Assembly (NCBI GenBank): GCA_963662315.1
Contig: OY759353.1
Coordinates: 1,536,001 to 1,600,000 of the forward strand
Length of the DNA stretch: 64,000 nucleotides
DNA from: Geopsychrobacteraceae bacterium
GTDB lineage: Bacteria; Desulfobacterota; Desulfuromonadia; Desulfuromonadales; Geopsychrobacteraceae
Reading direction: 5' to 3'
The stretch's first letter is position 1; each line of letters opens with the position of its first letter. Below the pieces are notes generated by a model, which was not told the DNA's origin, made no database searches, and worked only from the letters and a program-made list of their open reading frames with translations. Both the position numbers and the translations under genes were made by a program. Below, piece by piece: positions 62,883 through 64,000 of the stretch.

Positions 62883-63977
62883 TTAAAGATAACGGAACGG
62901 TCGGTATAAAGGGTCTCCCACCAGGATCATCTGCCATGAAACATAGGGCAGACTGAAGAAATAGCTTTCAACCAAGGTATAGTACCCGTTCAGCAGATAG
63001 GCAAAAAACAGGTCCGGGCGAGGAAAAGCGGCCAGATATGGTTCAGCAACAGGTCCCAGTGTTGCGGCGCCACCGCCCTCAAGAATCCCCTTGCACCAGC
63101 CGTGGTTTTCAGGGTTTTTAAGCGATGTACATTCACCACTGGCCACATGATAGCCGACGGCCCCCAGCCGCCAGGAGAACACATCCTGATAGTCGGCCAG
63201 ACGGTACCAGCCACAATAGATGGCTGCCTCAGGCGCTTGAGCCAACAACGCCTCGCCAGTGTCCAGAACGACCGGCAACTGACTGATCTCTCTGGTCAGT
63301 GATGCAGCGGCGTGAAGCGTTGCATCAAACTGCTGATAGACATTTTGTTCAGGAAGGTTAGCCGGCCACCTGGCATCAAAATAAGCCCGTCCACGTAAGC
63401 CTTCATTTTCAGCAACAATGCTATCCGCCATTATCCGCTTTACGATATCCGGTTGGGCTGCATCAAGACGTGACACCAGTAGGACCCCGGCAACTTTACG
63501 CCCCTTTCCTTGCGGTGCAAATAAAGGGTTGGGGGACCAACCGGCAAGAGGGTAGCTGTCCGCTAGCGCCAACACCAATTCCGAATCGACTGCGGCGCTG
63601 GTTTCAACTTGCAGACGCACAGAATGGGACAGTTCCTGCTGCCCCACCTCGGCGCGGATACTGAGAGGAATCCCATAAAAAAGCACCAGGCAGCGTATCT
63701 TTCGGAACTCTGGTTTAGACAATAGCTTTTTCAGTGGTGACAGCAGGCGATCGTCATATTCCCTGCGGCTGCAACTCTCTTCGCGGGGTAGGTCAACCTC
63801 AAGCTGATTGGTGACCGGTACGCCCCTCAACTCACGATAATGTTCTGCCAGGATGGCTCCGTCTTGTACATTGCGATTCACAATCAACAATAACTCTTCC
63901 GCAACCAGTCCGGCGCAGCAGAGTCCAGGACAGATAAACAAAAGAGACCAGAAGATTATCGTAACTTGCTGAATCAT
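62883..63977 (-). CDS. TIGR03790-like exported protein
   Basis: Signal peptide; VDSEL, LVSRLD, YCGWY, GAVGYH.AS, GPVAEPYL.AFP.P, SWQ..LVGDPLYRPF. Confidence 0.75.
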   Translation of the reverse strand: MIQQVTIIFWSLLFICPGLCCAGLVAEELLLIVNRNVQDGAILAEHYRELRGVPVTNQLEVDLPREESCSRREYDDRLLSPLKKLLSKPEFRKIRCLVLFYGIPLSIRAEVGQQELSHSVRLQVETSAAVDSELVLALADSYPLAGWSPNPLFAPQGKGRKVAGVLLVSRLDAAQPDIVKRIMADSIVAENEGLRGRAYFDARWPANLPEQNVYQQFDATLHAAASLTREISQLPVVLDTGEALLAQAPEAAIYCGWYRLADYQDVFSWRLGAVGYHVASGECTSLKNPENHGWCKGILEGGGAATLGPVAEPYLAAFPRPDLFFAYLLNGYYTLVESYFFSLPYVSWQMILVGDPLYRPFRYL

Positions 63978-64000
63978 GACAAAATACTCACATAATTCAA

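Overview
Chromosomal window from an anaerobic delta-proteobacterium; gene order and protein style suggest Desulfuromonadales (inference). It contains an AfuABC/FbpABC-like ABC importer, a D-/L-lactate oxidation operon divergent from a lactate permease, a stand-alone hisI, a secreted Gly-rich protein and a GNAT-histidine kinase fusion. hcp lies divergent from an uncharacterised four-gene operon (cytoplasmic DUF1858-SBP fusion, HypB/UreG-like GTPase, permease-less ABC ATPase, small Cys/His protein), with two FNR/HcpR-type boxes between them. Further on are a Zn-ribbon-PilZ gene, the ispE-tRNA-Gln-prs-rplY-pth-hppA-ychF-rpsF-rpsR-yybS-rplI block, a TRAP transporter (truncated extra dctP, frameshifted dctM), an unannotated decayed ArsJ-type GAPDH pseudogene, a radical SAM gene, the dcw cluster (without murB), a CNNM/CorC gene, ligA, acyP, potFGHI and a TIGR03790-like gene. 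I saw no CRISPR, rRNA, prophage or transposase. The best candidate for an undescribed system is the hcp-linked operon at 17124-20315, possibly a cytoplasmic metal-cluster maturation or repair machine. All family assignments come from motif recognition by eye, not database searches.
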